A stretch of 64,000 nt of DNA from Candidatus Pacearchaeota archaeon (GTDB taxonomy: Archaea; Nanobdellota; Nanobdellia; UBA10117; JAFCGI01): the NCBI GenBank assembly GCA_017608235.1, contig JAFCGI010000001.1, forward strand, positions 1,423 through 65,422, written 5' to 3'. The position numbers were made by a program, and so were the translations under genes. Positions 8,662 through 19,571 of this stretch are shown piece after piece; the first letter of the stretch is position 1, and each line of letters opens with the position of its first letter. Under the pieces are notes generated by a model. That model saw only the letters and a program-made list of their open reading frames with translations. It had not been told where the DNA came from and did no database searches.

Positions 8662-9027
8662 ATGATGCAGCCAGAAGAAATTGAAGTAAAATATATACTA
8701 CCTGTGATAAGAAAACAGCTTTGTATTGGATTTAAGAAGAAAGGATTATCCCAAAAATATATTTCAGAGATTCTTGGAATTACTCCTGCTGCTGTGTCTC
8801 AGTATCTAAAATCAAAAAGAGCAACCAAAATAGAACTTCCTAAACAGATTAATTCTAAAATTGAGAAAATCTGTGATAAAGAAGATATAACTGCTGAAAA
8901 AATAGCTATAGAAATAAGAAAGTTATCTAAACAAATAAAAAATAAAAAAATACTCTGTAAAATACATAAAAAATATGATCTTAGTATTGAAAAGGGATGT
9001 ATTTTTTGTGAGGAATGTTTAAAATGA
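8662..9027 (+). CDS. HTH transcriptional regulator (COG2522-like) with C-terminal C/H metal-binding motif
   Basis: PEEIEVKYILPVIR..GLSQKYISEILGITPAAVSQYL; tail LCKIH-x10-CIFC. Confidence 0.8.
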   Translation: MMQPEEIEVKYILPVIRKQLCIGFKKKGLSQKYISEILGITPAAVSQYLKSKRATKIELPKQINSKIEKICDKEDITAEKIAIEIRKLSKQIKNKKILCKIHKKYDLSIEKGCIFCEECLK

Positions 9028-10190
9028 AAAAAATATATTTGGATAATGGTGCAACTACTGCTGTAGACAGGGAAGTTATAGAAGCTATGTTGCCTTTTTT
9101 CTCTGAGAAGTTTGGTAATGCATCTTCAAGCCATAGTTATGGACGAGAAGCTAAAAAAGCACTTGAGAATTCAAGGAATATTATTGCAAAAAGTATTGGT
9201 GCTAAACCAAATGAGATAATTTTTACTTCTGGTGGCACAGAAGCTAATAACTTTGTGATTAAAGGTTTAGCATTTTCAAATAAAGATAGAGGCAAGCATA
9301 TCATAACAACTAAAGTAGAACATGATTGTATTCTTAATGCTTGTAAATGGTTAGAAACTCAAGGGTTTAAAGTCACATATCTAGATGTAGATAAAGAAGG
9401 ATTTGTAAATCCTGAATCGTTAAATGATGCTATAACTTCTGAAACTATTTTAGTTTCGGTGATTCATGGAAATAATGAGATTGGAACTATTCAAGATTTA
9501 GAAAAATTAGGAAAAATTTGTGAAACACGAGGAGTTTATTTTCATACTGATGCTTGTCAAAGTTATACAAAAACAAAATTAGACGTTAACAAACAACATC
9601 TTGATTTAGTAACCTTAAATTCTCATAAAATCCATGGTCCAAAAGGAGTTGGTGCACTTTATATTAGAAAAGGCATAAAAATTACTCCTATATTACATGG
9701 TGGTGGGCAAGAATTTAATTTAAGATCTGGAACAGATAATGTTTCTGGGGTTGTAGGATTTGCAAAAGCAGTTCAACTTGCAATGAATCCTAAACATATT
9801 AAAAAAATGACTATGCTAAGAGATGATCTTATTGAAGGAATATTAAAAATTCCTGATGTAATATTAAATGGTGCTAATGGAGATAAAAGGTTATGTAACA
9901 ATGTAAATGTGTCTTTTAAATATGTTGAGGGAGAGGCTATAGGTGGATATCTTGATGCTGAAGGAATCAGCTCTTCGACAGGATCTGCATGTTCTTCACC
10001 AAAATTAGAACCTAGTCATGTTTTGCTAGCAATAGGATTGAGTCCTGAAGATGCACATGGTAGTTTAAGACTTACACTCAGCAGATTTACAACTAAAGAA
10101 GAGATTGATAAAGTATTAGATTTGCTTCCTAAAATAATTAAAAAACTAAGGAAGATGTCTCCTCTTATGAAGTTTATAAAAAAATTATAG
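9024..10190 (+). CDS. iscS: Cysteine desulfurase IscS/NifS
   Basis: IYLDNGATT, FTSGGTEA, FHTDACQ, SHKIHGPKG, catalytic GSACSS. Start 9024 preferred over 9015 (ATGA overlap, GAGGA spacing). Confidence 0.95.
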   Translation: MKKIYLDNGATTAVDREVIEAMLPFFSEKFGNASSSHSYGREAKKALENSRNIIAKSIGAKPNEIIFTSGGTEANNFVIKGLAFSNKDRGKHIITTKVEHDCILNACKWLETQGFKVTYLDVDKEGFVNPESLNDAITSETILVSVIHGNNEIGTIQDLEKLGKICETRGVYFHTDACQSYTKTKLDVNKQHLDLVTLNSHKIHGPKGVGALYIRKGIKITPILHGGGQEFNLRSGTDNVSGVVGFAKAVQLAMNPKHIKKMTMLRDDLIEGILKIPDVILNGANGDKRLCNNVNVSFKYVEGEAIGGYLDAEGISSSTGSACSSPKLEPSHVLLAIGLSPEDAHGSLRLTLSRFTTKEEIDKVLDLLPKIIKKLRKMSPLMKFIKKL

Positions 10191-10198
10191 GTGGTATT

Positions 10199-10567
10199 AT
10201 GTATTCTGAAAAAGTAATAAAAGAATTTAAAAATCCTAAAAATATGGGTGAGATAAAAGATGCAGATGGAATAGGTAAAATAGGTAATCCTGTTTGCGGA
10301 GATGTTATGCATGTCTATATTAAAGTTAAAAACAATAAAATTACTGATATAAAGTTCAAAACTTTTGGTTGTGTTGCTGCAATTGCTACTTCATCTGTAA
10401 TGACTAAATTAGTTAAGGGTAAAAGTATTGAAAAAGCTTTAAAATTAAATAATAATAACATAGCAAAAGCTTTGGATGGTTTGCCACCTATGAAATTACA
10501 TTGTTCTAATTTGGCTGCTGAAGCATTACACAAAGCAATTGAAAATTACAAGAAAACTAAAAAATAA
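10199..10567 (+). CDS. iscU: Fe-S scaffold IscU/NifU-N
   Basis: NPKNMG, GNPVCGD, FGCVAA, LPPMKLHCSNLA. Confidence 0.95.
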   Translation: MYSEKVIKEFKNPKNMGEIKDADGIGKIGNPVCGDVMHVYIKVKNNKITDIKFKTFGCVAAIATSSVMTKLVKGKSIEKALKLNNNNIAKALDGLPPMKLHCSNLAAEALHKAIENYKKTKK

Positions 10568-11414
10568 GATCTAATGATTTCTTAAAAACAATCATGAAGA
10601 AATTTTGTCTGAAATTTTTTCTCCAAGAAAAATTTTTGAGTGTGTATGAAGTTAATTCTTTAAATTCTTCTGATAGCTCTTTTGGTTCGTAACATTTTTT
10701 TAGATAATTTATAAGTTTCTTTGCTTTTGGTTTTCTTTGTACTTTTGTAAATGGAATTATTACTGATAAAAGTTCAAGCTGATAATTTATTGCATTTTCT
10801 ATTTGTTCAAGTGTTTGCTTTTGTAATTTTGGTTTAATGCATTTCTTTTTGCTAAAATATAAATTATAGTAATCTTCCAAGATATAATCTGTAAATCCTT
10901 TATTTATTAATTCTAGATTTGCATAGATATCTTTGAGAACATAATTTGTGCTTTCTCCAATATTAGAATAGAAATTTATTATATTCTGCTTTGGTTGTCC
11001 TATCTTAAATAGCTCTTTTTTAAACTTATTAAATGCAAATATTGCAGCTTTTCTTATTTTATTATCTAAACTTTTGTTTGTTTGAACTATATGCATTAAT
11101 TCGTGCAGGAGAACTCCAATTAGTGCTTTTTTATTTGTTTTAAGATAGTTATCAAATTTACTTATATGTATTATAACATGATTGTTTTTTTTATATGTTA
11201 AAGACATAGATGTGGCTTCTTCTTTACATAATTTTTTGAATTCTTTTGCAGATTCTCCCTTAAGAGTTCCAGATGTTACTGGGCAAAATTTAATATTATC
11301 AATAACAAAGATATTTAGTTTTATTTTTTTAGGAATTTTAAGCAGAGATGTTGCTTTTTTTACAGCAGAACCAACAAATTCTTCATTAAAATCTCCTCTT
11401 ATAGTTAAATTCAT
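10557..11414 (-). CDS. Hypothetical protein with HExxH (possible metalloprotease fold)
   Basis: GVLLHELMH motif; 285-aa ORF. Confidence 0.6.
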   Translation of the reverse strand: MNLTIRGDFNEEFVGSAVKKATSLLKIPKKIKLNIFVIDNIKFCPVTSGTLKGESAKEFKKLCKEEATSMSLTYKKNNHVIIHISKFDNYLKTNKKALIGVLLHELMHIVQTNKSLDNKIRKAAIFAFNKFKKELFKIGQPKQNIINFYSNIGESTNYVLKDIYANLELINKGFTDYILEDYYNLYFSKKKCIKPKLQKQTLEQIENAINYQLELLSVIIPFTKVQRKPKAKKLINYLKKCYEPKELSEEFKELTSYTLKNFSWRKNFRQNFFMIVFKKSLDLIF

Positions 11415-11445
11415 ATTAAAATAAAAGAAATCATGAAATAAAAAA

Positions 11446-12165
11446 TTATGCTTGTGTTTCAGATAATATATGTTCTATAAGTAACTCATATTCTTCTTTT
11501 TCTAATTCTGGGTCACCGTTTTCTCCATCATATTCGTGTCCTGAGCCTACTCTGAAATATTTACAGCCAAATACAAATGTAGGAATTGTTCCTTGCGGAT
11601 TAAATTCTTTATATATTGCTAGTTCTGTATCTGGTATTTCATCCTCAATATCATCAGTTAATTCATTATCATTTTCATCTAGCTGCCAATGATATACTTT
11701 TATATCTCCATTATCTATATATGGTTGAATTGCTTCATGGAATGGAGTCTTAACCCAGTTACAATGCATACACCATGTTGTTGAAAATAATCTAACTATT
11801 GGTTTTCCATCACTAGTTTTACAAATCTCTGCATCTGGAATTTCTAAGAAAGGATTTCCTTGTTCTGTAGATATTCCTTCTATATTTATTGGTACTGCTT
11901 CTGCTGTTGCATCCCCTGTAATTTCATTATCTTCAAGATTACCTGAAGGAGTAGTATCTTGATTTTGTGTTTCTTCTGATTTAGAAAAAACATCTATGCC
12001 TAATCCAAATCCGCTAGTTACCAACGATAATACTAATAAAATTCCTAGAATCACTGATATTATTCTCCATAGCTTAAATTTGTCTATCTCTATTTTTGTT
12101 GATGATTTATGTATTTCTGTGTTTTTCTCTGAAACTTCTCCTTCATCGTGTTTGTGTTCATCCAT
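11446..12165 (-). CDS. Membrane-anchored thioredoxin-like protein
   Basis: N-terminal TM helix, acidic linker, FSTTWCMHC, cis-Pro TIPTF. Confidence 0.8.
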   Translation of the reverse strand: MDEHKHDEGEVSEKNTEIHKSSTKIEIDKFKLWRIISVILGILLVLSLVTSGFGLGIDVFSKSEETQNQDTTPSGNLEDNEITGDATAEAVPINIEGISTEQGNPFLEIPDAEICKTSDGKPIVRLFSTTWCMHCNWVKTPFHEAIQPYIDNGDIKVYHWQLDENDNELTDDIEDEIPDTELAIYKEFNPQGTIPTFVFGCKYFRVGSGHEYDGENGDPELEKEEYELLIEHILSETQA

Positions 12166-12213
12166 GTTAAAAAAATTAAAAAATATTAAGTTTATATATG
12201 TTTTTATATTAAA

Positions 12214-13149
12214 CTAACTAATAAGTTTCTTTTTGTTTTGATAGTTTTTGATGAATTGGCAAGATCTGCAAGTTTCTTGGGATGTTGGCTCTCCACAAGC
12301 CTTGCAAATATTTATTTTTTTATTTTTGAATTGTGTTCTTATTAGTTTAGCTATTTCATCTCCTGCTTTCGTTATTGAAAATTCTGCAGAAGGTCTAAAT
12401 TTTAGAATATCATTCATTATTATATCTGTATTAAATCTTAGACTTCCTATTCTGCAAGCACAAGGTTTTGGGAAATGCTTGATTTTCTTTAATTTTACAT
12501 AAAGTTTGACTTCTCTTTCAGGAATGTTTCTTAAAATCTTTATTCTCTGGACAAATTCTCTTCTTTTTGGAAGAGATTTTGGTCCTAAATGAGTGAATGT
12601 TTTTAGTTCTCCTCTTAATAAATTCATTAAATATGATTGTGCTTCATCTGTCAGATTGTGACCTGTAGCTAGTTTTGTGGCCTTTATTTCTTTTGCTTTC
12701 TTATTTAGAATATTTCTTCTTAGTACACCACAAACAGAGCAAGGATTTCCTCCTGATTTAGCAAGAATTTTTCCTATGTCTTTAACATCAAGTCCAAATT
12801 CTTTCTTAAAACTTAGATGATAGAATTCTATCCCTAGATCTCTTGCTATTTGTTTTGCTATCTTATAACTTTGTTTTGCATCTTTATCTCCTCTGTTTAC
12901 ATATGCAGCAAATACTTTGATATTTCTTGGTTTAGCATACCTTGCGAGATAGTTTAGAGTTAATGCTGAATCTTTTCCTGCAGATAAAGCTACTAGTATC
13001 TTATCTTTTTTTGAAATTAATTTGTTTGTTCTTATAGTTTTGGATATTCTTCTTTCAATTATCTTACAGAAGCAGGAATTACATACTGTTTTTCCTAAAT
13101 AATCTAGTTTTATTTTTGCATTTGTGCTTTTACAATTTACGCAATCCAT
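12214..13149 (-). CDS. ttuA: tRNA 2-thiolation protein (TtuA/Ncs6 family, PP-loop)
   Basis: N- and C-terminal Zn fingers, SAGKDS PP-loop, PCSVCGVLRR, ATGHNLTD. Confidence 0.85.
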   Translation of the reverse strand: MDCVNCKSTNAKIKLDYLGKTVCNSCFCKIIERRISKTIRTNKLISKKDKILVALSAGKDSALTLNYLARYAKPRNIKVFAAYVNRGDKDAKQSYKIAKQIARDLGIEFYHLSFKKEFGLDVKDIGKILAKSGGNPCSVCGVLRRNILNKKAKEIKATKLATGHNLTDEAQSYLMNLLRGELKTFTHLGPKSLPKRREFVQRIKILRNIPEREVKLYVKLKKIKHFPKPCACRIGSLRFNTDIIMNDILKFRPSAEFSITKAGDEIAKLIRTQFKNKKINICKACGEPTSQETCRSCQFIKNYQNKKKLIS

Positions 13150-13299
13150 TGTGATCTATGGATTTCTAGTGTTTATAAAATTAAGCTTTTAAATAAATAG
13201 CATTATTATGCACAAAAATTAAATATTTTTTAGAAAAAGTTAAAAATAGGCAGTATAATAGTGTAAAAATCAAAAAAAGACTTTTTGAGAGGTGTTAAA

Positions 13300-13734
13300 A
13301 TGGAAGATGAAGAAAATAAGCAAGAAGCTGTGCAAGAATCTGAAGAATCAAATGATATTGAAAAATCAAATGATACTGGAGAAAATTTAGATGAGGATAA
13401 TGGTTTGCCATTTCCTAGAGCAAGAGTTGTAAATATAATTAAAAATGAGATTGGAAGAGACAAACAAATCAGAAGCGAAGTGAAAGAAGCAATAAATATT
13501 TGGCTAGGAGATTTGCTAAAGAGAATAGCTAGAGAGATGGGAGATACTCAGTATGCATCTATAGGTATAGCTGATTTTCAGAGAGCAACTAAACCTTATG
13601 ACATGATTAATGATATTGTTAAGGATGAAGAAAGACTCATTTTAAGCACAGAGAAATTAAAGAGTGATTCAGATCATATTAGCAGAGAGCTAAAAAGATT
13701 TTTTGAAGTAATAACTGGTGAAAAAAGGGAATAA
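13300..13734 (+). CDS. Histone-fold protein (NF-YB/CBFD-like) with acidic N-terminal tail and C-terminal helical extension
   Basis: LPFPRARVVNIIK...QIRSEVKEAIN...SIGIADFQRA pattern; GAGGTG RBS before ATG 13300. Confidence 0.65.
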   Translation: MEDEENKQEAVQESEESNDIEKSNDTGENLDEDNGLPFPRARVVNIIKNEIGRDKQIRSEVKEAINIWLGDLLKRIAREMGDTQYASIGIADFQRATKPYDMINDIVKDEERLILSTEKLKSDSDHISRELKRFFEVITGEKRE

Positions 13735-13742
13735 TAAATACA

Positions 13743-16244
13743 GTGGCTATAAGAGCAAATATTGAAAATAAGGAAAAAATTTGCTTTTTTCCTTTAGATA
13801 TTGATTACGAGACTTTAAAGTCTGGTGAGGCTCAGATAAGAATATTTGGAGTAACTCGCGATAAGAAAAGGATTGCTGTTTTAGACAAAAAAGCATTACC
13901 TTATTTCTTAATTATGCCTAAGAAAGGAACCAATATTGATTATTTTCTTAAAAAATTAAAAACATTAGAAGTTAGAAGCGAAGCTAAATTAATTAAGATA
14001 AAAAATGTTATAATTGAAAGTAGGAATTATTTAGGAGAAAAAGTTTCTATAATCAAAGTATTTGTAAGCCATCCTTCACATATAAAATTGATAAGGAAGG
14101 TTGTACAAGATTTTAAGGAAGTTGAAGATACAAAAGAATTTGATATTAATTTTTATAAAAGATATTTATTGGATAGGGAAGTTGTTCCTTGTGTTTTTTG
14201 TTGTGTTGAAGGTAAAATTGTTAATAGGCAAGATTTAGATGTTGATATAGTTGTTGAGGCTAGTAAGATTAAGCAATATAGCCAGGATCTTGTATCTGAT
14301 CTTAAAATATTAGCTTTTGATATTGAAACTTTGTTCAAGGGTGCAGCTTCTAATGCTAAACATGATGCAATAATTATGTGTTCTTTTTATGGTAGGGGTT
14401 TAAAGAAAGTAATAACTTGGAAGAAATATAAAGATGCTCCATATTATATGAAGTTTGTTGATGGTGAGCTTGAATTAATTGAGGAATTTAAAAAAATAAT
14501 AAAAGAATATAAGCCAGATATTTTAGTAAGTTATAATGGGGACCAATTTGATCTTCCATATATTAGAGAACGCGCTGAAAAATATAAAATTAAATTAGAT
14601 CTTGGATTAGATTTCTCTGAAATAGATCTAAGAAGGAAAGGAATAGCCAGTGCTGCTAAGATAAAAGGTGTGGTGCATTTAGATATGTATGTGTTTATAC
14701 ATAATATTCTTAGAGAGAATCTTGATACTGAAAGGTATGACTTAGATTCTGTTTCTGCTGAGATTCTAGGATTAGATGCTAGAAAAAGATATTTTGATTT
14801 TAGAAAACTTAATGAGATTTGGAGTATCGGGCTGAAAGAAGATTTAGAAAATTTATCTGCATATAATTTAAGAGATTCTGAACTAACATATAAAATTTGT
14901 GAAAAAATACTCCCTACAGAATTGCAATTAGTTAAGCTAATTAGTTTGCCTTTATTTGACATAAATAGGCTAACATATGGTCAGCTTGTAGAATGGTTTT
15001 TGATGAATAATGCAAGTAAGACTGGTAAAATATCTCCCAACAGGCCTTGGTTAGAAATAATTAGAAAACGAAGAAAACATACATTTGAAGGTGGGTTTGT
15101 TAAGGAACCTAAACCTGGTTTTTATAAAAATATTTTTGTATTTGATTTTAGGAGCTTATATCCTAGTATTATAGCTTCACATAATATTGGCTTGGAATCT
15201 TTTAATTGTGAATGCTGTCAATATAAAGGTGGCTATAATCTAGAAGATAATAAAATTTGGTTTTGTTCAAAGAAAGAAGGATTTATTCCTGGATTGGTTA
15301 AGAGTATTATTGAGCGTAGAAGAAGAGTCAAGAGCATTTTAAATAAGACTAGTAAGTCTGATCCTTCATATGCAGTTTTAAATTCCAGACAATATAGCTT
15401 GAAAATATTAGCAAATTCTTTTTATGGTTATTTGGGATTTCCTGCGTCAAGATGGTATTCTTTAGACTGTGCTAGAGCAGTTACTTGGTTTGGGAGAAAA
15501 TATATACAAGAAGTAATAAAAGAGGCTGAGAAATTTGGTTTTAATGTGCTTTATGGTGATACTGATTCTATATTTTTGTTATTGGGAAATAAAAAAAAGA
15601 AAAATATTCCTGAGTTTTTGAAAATAATTAATTCTATATTACCTAGTCCTATGGAATTAGAATATCAAGGATTTTATTCTTCTGGAATCTTTATTGGAAA
15701 AAAAGGTGATAGAATTGGTGCCAAAAAAAGATATGCTCTTTTAGCAGAGGATGGAGATATTATTTTAAGAGGTGTTGAAGCCATAAGAGGGGATTGGTCT
15801 AAAATAGCAAAGGATACTCAGAGGCAAATTATTGAAATGGTGTTAAAAGATGGGGAGGCAAAAAGAGCTATAAAATATTTGCAAATGGTGATTAATAAAA
15901 TAGATAAACGAGATGTTAGTTTGGATGATCTTTCTATTAAAACTAAATTAACTAAAAATCTTAGCGAGTATAAATCTAGAGGACCACATGTTGCTGCCGC
16001 AAGCATAGCAAAAGATAAAGGTTATGATGTATTTGCAGGATTTGTTGTTGATTATATTGTGGGAGAAGGTGATGGAAAGATAGGTGACAAAGTTATACTT
16101 ACTGAAGATGCTGGTATTGAAGACTATGATAAAGAATATTATATAAATAATCAAATAATAAGATCTGTGTATAAGATCTTAGAAATTTTTGGATATACAG
16201 AAGAAAAACTTAAAGAAGGACAAACTACACTAAGTTCATGGTAA
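13743..16244 (+). CDS. polB: DNA polymerase family B
   Basis: Exonuclease FDIET, YNGDQFD, YNLRD; polymerase DFRSLYPS, KILANSFYGY, YGDTDS, KKRY; C-terminal PIP-like QTTLSSW. Confidence 0.96.
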   Translation: MAIRANIENKEKICFFPLDIDYETLKSGEAQIRIFGVTRDKKRIAVLDKKALPYFLIMPKKGTNIDYFLKKLKTLEVRSEAKLIKIKNVIIESRNYLGEKVSIIKVFVSHPSHIKLIRKVVQDFKEVEDTKEFDINFYKRYLLDREVVPCVFCCVEGKIVNRQDLDVDIVVEASKIKQYSQDLVSDLKILAFDIETLFKGAASNAKHDAIIMCSFYGRGLKKVITWKKYKDAPYYMKFVDGELELIEEFKKIIKEYKPDILVSYNGDQFDLPYIRERAEKYKIKLDLGLDFSEIDLRRKGIASAAKIKGVVHLDMYVFIHNILRENLDTERYDLDSVSAEILGLDARKRYFDFRKLNEIWSIGLKEDLENLSAYNLRDSELTYKICEKILPTELQLVKLISLPLFDINRLTYGQLVEWFLMNNASKTGKISPNRPWLEIIRKRRKHTFEGGFVKEPKPGFYKNIFVFDFRSLYPSIIASHNIGLESFNCECCQYKGGYNLEDNKIWFCSKKEGFIPGLVKSIIERRRRVKSILNKTSKSDPSYAVLNSRQYSLKILANSFYGYLGFPASRWYSLDCARAVTWFGRKYIQEVIKEAEKFGFNVLYGDTDSIFLLLGNKKKKNIPEFLKIINSILPSPMELEYQGFYSSGIFIGKKGDRIGAKKRYALLAEDGDIILRGVEAIRGDWSKIAKDTQRQIIEMVLKDGEAKRAIKYLQMVINKIDKRDVSLDDLSIKTKLTKNLSEYKSRGPHVAAASIAKDKGYDVFAGFVVDYIVGEGDGKIGDKVILTEDAGIEDYDKEYYINNQIIRSVYKILEIFGYTEEKLKEGQTTLSSW

Positions 16245-16245
16245 A

Positions 16246-17133
16246 ATGAATAAAGAAATAATTGAAAAATACAAAAAAGCTGGAGAGATTGCTAAAGAAG
16301 TTAAGGTATTTGCTAAAAATTTAGTTAAAGAAAATGCCTCTGTTTTAGATATTGCAAATGCTATTGAAGCTAAAATTAAAGAGCTTGGTGGTGAGGTTGC
16401 ATTTCCCTTAAATATAAGCATAAATGAGGTTGCTGCACATTATGTTCCTAGTATTAATGATAAAAAAATATTACAAAAAGATGATTTAGTTAAAATAGAT
16501 ATTGGTGTGCATATTGATGGTTATATTGCAGATACTGCTATCTCTTTTTCTATTGGGGATAATTCTGAAAATAAAAAACTTATTTCTGCTGCAGAAGAAG
16601 GATTAAATGCTGCTATTAAATTAATTAAGCCTGGAGTTAGTGTTAGTGAAATTGGTAGTGTCATAAATGAGAAAATTAGTTCTGCTGGTTTTCAACCAAT
16701 AAGAAATCTTACAGGTCATAATTTAGATCAATATGAAATCCACTCTGGATTAACAATTCCTAACTATAATAATGGCAGTGATATTATATTAGAAGAAGGA
16801 GATGTTATTGCAATTGAGCCCTTTGCGACTAATGGTGCAGGAATTGTTGTTGAAGGGAGAAATGGTGGTTCATTTAGTCTTATAGAAAATGCTGTAGTTA
16901 GACAGGGAAGAGATATAATGAAACATATTCAGACAGAATACAAAACACTTCCTTTTGCAAAAAGATGGTTAGATGAGAAATTTGGATTGTTAAAAACAAA
17001 TTTATTCTTGAATAGTTGTGTTAGAAAAGAAATAATAAAAGAATATAAAATGCTAAAAGAGCAAAATAATGGAAAAGTTGCTCAAGCAGAGCATACAATT
17101 ATTGTTTTAGACAAACCTATTATCATAACCTAA
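16246..17133 (+). CDS. map: Methionine aminopeptidase type II
   Basis: AFPLNISINEVAAHY, DIGVHIDGYIADTA, TGH, AIEPFAT, AQAEHT. Confidence 0.95.
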   Translation: MNKEIIEKYKKAGEIAKEVKVFAKNLVKENASVLDIANAIEAKIKELGGEVAFPLNISINEVAAHYVPSINDKKILQKDDLVKIDIGVHIDGYIADTAISFSIGDNSENKKLISAAEEGLNAAIKLIKPGVSVSEIGSVINEKISSAGFQPIRNLTGHNLDQYEIHSGLTIPNYNNGSDIILEEGDVIAIEPFATNGAGIVVEGRNGGSFSLIENAVVRQGRDIMKHIQTEYKTLPFAKRWLDEKFGLLKTNLFLNSCVRKEIIKEYKMLKEQNNGKVAQAEHTIIVLDKPIIIT

Positions 17134-17143
17134 AGTATAGATA

Positions 17144-19438
17144 TTAACCCATATATTCTGGTATATTTGTATGTGAGCCTTTTGCAGCTTGCATTGCTTT
17201 AGCATATCTTATGAGATCTTGTTTGCTAAGCGATGGTTTAATATTCTCTAAAGCCTCTTCAAAATTTTTCTTTGTAACTTCTTTTGAATTTATGTTATCT
17301 CTCAAAGCCATCATTGCTGCTTCCCTACATACTGCTTCTATGTCTGCTCCAGAATAATTTTCTGTTTTCTTAGCTAAATATTTTAGAGTTATTGACTTTG
17401 CTAAAGGCATTTCTTTTGTGTGTACTTTTAATATCTCTAATCTTGATTCTTCATTTGGAGGGATAGCCATTATATGCCTATCTAATCTTCCAGGACGCAA
17501 TAATGCTGGATCTACTAGTTCTGGACGGTTAGTTGCTGCAATTACTACTACATCATTTAATTCTTCTAAACCATCCATTTCTGTTAGTATTTGATTTACT
17601 ACTTTTTCTGTAACATTGCTTCCTGTATCTTGCCCCCTTGTTGATGCTATAGAATCTAGCTCATCAAAGAAAATTATTGCTGGTGATACTTGCCTTGCTT
17701 TTTTGAATATTTCTCTGATTGCTTTTTCTGATTCTCCAACCCATTTGCTAAAGATCTCTGGTCCTTTGACGTTGATGAAGTTTGCTTCTGATTCTGTAGC
17801 TACTGCTTTAGCTAGCAAAGTCTTACCACAGCCAGGAGGGCCATATAGTAAGATACCTCGAGGAGGTCTTATTCCCATTCTTTTGAATATTTCTGGTTTT
17901 TTAAGTGGCCATTCAACTGCTTCTATTAATTCTTGTTTTGGTTTATCCAAGCCGCCGATGTCTTGCCATTTAATTTTTGGTTTTTCAATTAATACTTCTC
18001 TCATTGCAGATGGTCTTACTAGCTTTAGTCCTTCTTTGAAATCTTGTTTTTTTACTTCTAATCTCTTTAGAATATCTTCTGATACTCTTTCTTCTTTTTC
18101 CTTATCTAGTTTAAATAAAGGCAAAACTCTTCTAAGTACACTCATTGCTGCTTCCTTAGTTAAACCTTCTATATCTGCACCTACAAAACCATGAGTGACT
18201 TCTGCTAATTCTTTTAGATTTACATCTTTAGCTATTGGCATATTTCTAGTATGGATTTTTAGAATTTCTAATCTAGATTTTTTATTTGGTACACCTATCT
18301 CAATTTCTCTATCGAATCTTCCACCACGTCTTAGAGCAGGATCTAATGCATTTTGTCTATTTGTGGCAGCGATTACTATTACTTTTCCACGAGATTTTAA
18401 GCCATCCATTAGTGCGAGCAGTTGAGCTACTACTCTTCTTTCTACTTCTCCATAAGATTCTTCCCTTTTTGGAGCAATTGCATCAATTTCATCAATGAAA
18501 ATTATTGATGGTGAAGTGTGTTCTGCTTCTTCAAAGATTTCTCTAAGTTTTTTTTCTGCTTCTCCAACAAACTTACTCATGATTTCTGGTCCGTTTAATA
18601 GAATAAAATTAGCGTTAGATTCTGTGGCTACTGCCTTTGCTAAAAGGGTTTTACCTGTTCCTGGTGGGCCAAATAGTAAAACTCCTTTCGGAGGTTGTAC
18701 ACCAAGTCTATCAAATATCTCTGGATGTTTTAATGGTATTTCAATCATTTCTCTGATTTTTTTGATTTCTTCATCTAATCCGCCAATATCTTCATAAGTT
18801 ACATCTGGAATTCTTTCTTCTTTTAGTTCAACTGCTTCTGATCTTACATCAATTCTTGTATCTTCTGTTATTAGTACAGCTTCTTTCGGATTTGTGGATA
18901 CAACTACAAATTTAATATCTGAAAATCCTAGTCCTGAGAATCCCATATCTTCTGACATCATATTAAATATCTCTTCAAATGGACTTCCAGAAAAAGTTCT
19001 TTGTCTTCTTCTAGCTCCGCCAAGAGATATTACATCACCTTTTACTATTGCTCTTCCTAGTAATGCTCTCTGAAATGTTGATGGATGAGCCTGAACCATT
19101 AAACCTTTTTGTGCTGGAGCAATTGTTATTGTTTTAGCAGGTTTAACTTCTGCTTTTTTTATTTTTATAAATTCACCAATACTTGTTTTAGCATTTCTTC
19201 TTGTAAGACCATCCATCCTGATAATAGATAATCCTACATCTGCTGGAAATGCACGGTCAACAATAGCTACTGTTTTTCTTTCACCTTCTATTTCTACAAT
19301 AGAACCAGCTTGAATTCCAACTTTTTTCATTAACTGAGAATCAATTCTAACAATTCCTTTGTTAACATCATCTTGAGCTGCTTCTGCAACTTTTAATCTT
19401 ATTTCTTTTGATTCTTTTTCTTTCATGAGTCTCACCAT
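17144..19438 (-). CDS. cdc48: CDC48/VCP family AAA+ ATPase
   Basis: N-domain plus two AAA modules ([19 protein letters not shown] motifs), C-terminal YMG. Confidence 0.96.
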   Translation of the reverse strand: MVRLMKEKESKEIRLKVAEAAQDDVNKGIVRIDSQLMKKVGIQAGSIVEIEGERKTVAIVDRAFPADVGLSIIRMDGLTRRNAKTSIGEFIKIKKAEVKPAKTITIAPAQKGLMVQAHPSTFQRALLGRAIVKGDVISLGGARRRQRTFSGSPFEEIFNMMSEDMGFSGLGFSDIKFVVVSTNPKEAVLITEDTRIDVRSEAVELKEERIPDVTYEDIGGLDEEIKKIREMIEIPLKHPEIFDRLGVQPPKGVLLFGPPGTGKTLLAKAVATESNANFILLNGPEIMSKFVGEAEKKLREIFEEAEHTSPSIIFIDEIDAIAPKREESYGEVERRVVAQLLALMDGLKSRGKVIVIAATNRQNALDPALRRGGRFDREIEIGVPNKKSRLEILKIHTRNMPIAKDVNLKELAEVTHGFVGADIEGLTKEAAMSVLRRVLPLFKLDKEKEERVSEDILKRLEVKKQDFKEGLKLVRPSAMREVLIEKPKIKWQDIGGLDKPKQELIEAVEWPLKKPEIFKRMGIRPPRGILLYGPPGCGKTLLAKAVATESEANFINVKGPEIFSKWVGESEKAIREIFKKARQVSPAIIFFDELDSIASTRGQDTGSNVTEKVVNQILTEMDGLEELNDVVVIAATNRPELVDPALLRPGRLDRHIMAIPPNEESRLEILKVHTKEMPLAKSITLKYLAKKTENYSGADIEAVCREAAMMALRDNINSKEVTKKNFEEALENIKPSLSKQDLIRYAKAMQAAKGSHTNIPEYMG

Positions 19439-19492
19439 TATCTCTATTTGATTTTTAAGGGTGTAAATACGGATAAATTTTTAAAGACTTAC

Positions 19493-19536
19493 GAGTGGAA
19501 GTATGCAAAATTTAAAAAGAAAAAGAGTGGAAGTAT
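19493..19536. repeat. 12-bp direct repeat GAGTGGAAGTAT x2, 32-bp period, upstream of cdc48
   Basis: Copies at 19493-19504 and 19525-19536. Confidence 0.75.
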
Positions 19537-19571
19537 AGAAAAATTGGATTTTTTGTGAATTTTTATAAAAA

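Noticed and set aside
11446..12165. Trx-like protein as the redoxin for NrdD/TrxR
   Set aside because: The N-terminal TM anchor suggests an extracytoplasmic domain, and it is outside the RNR cluster.
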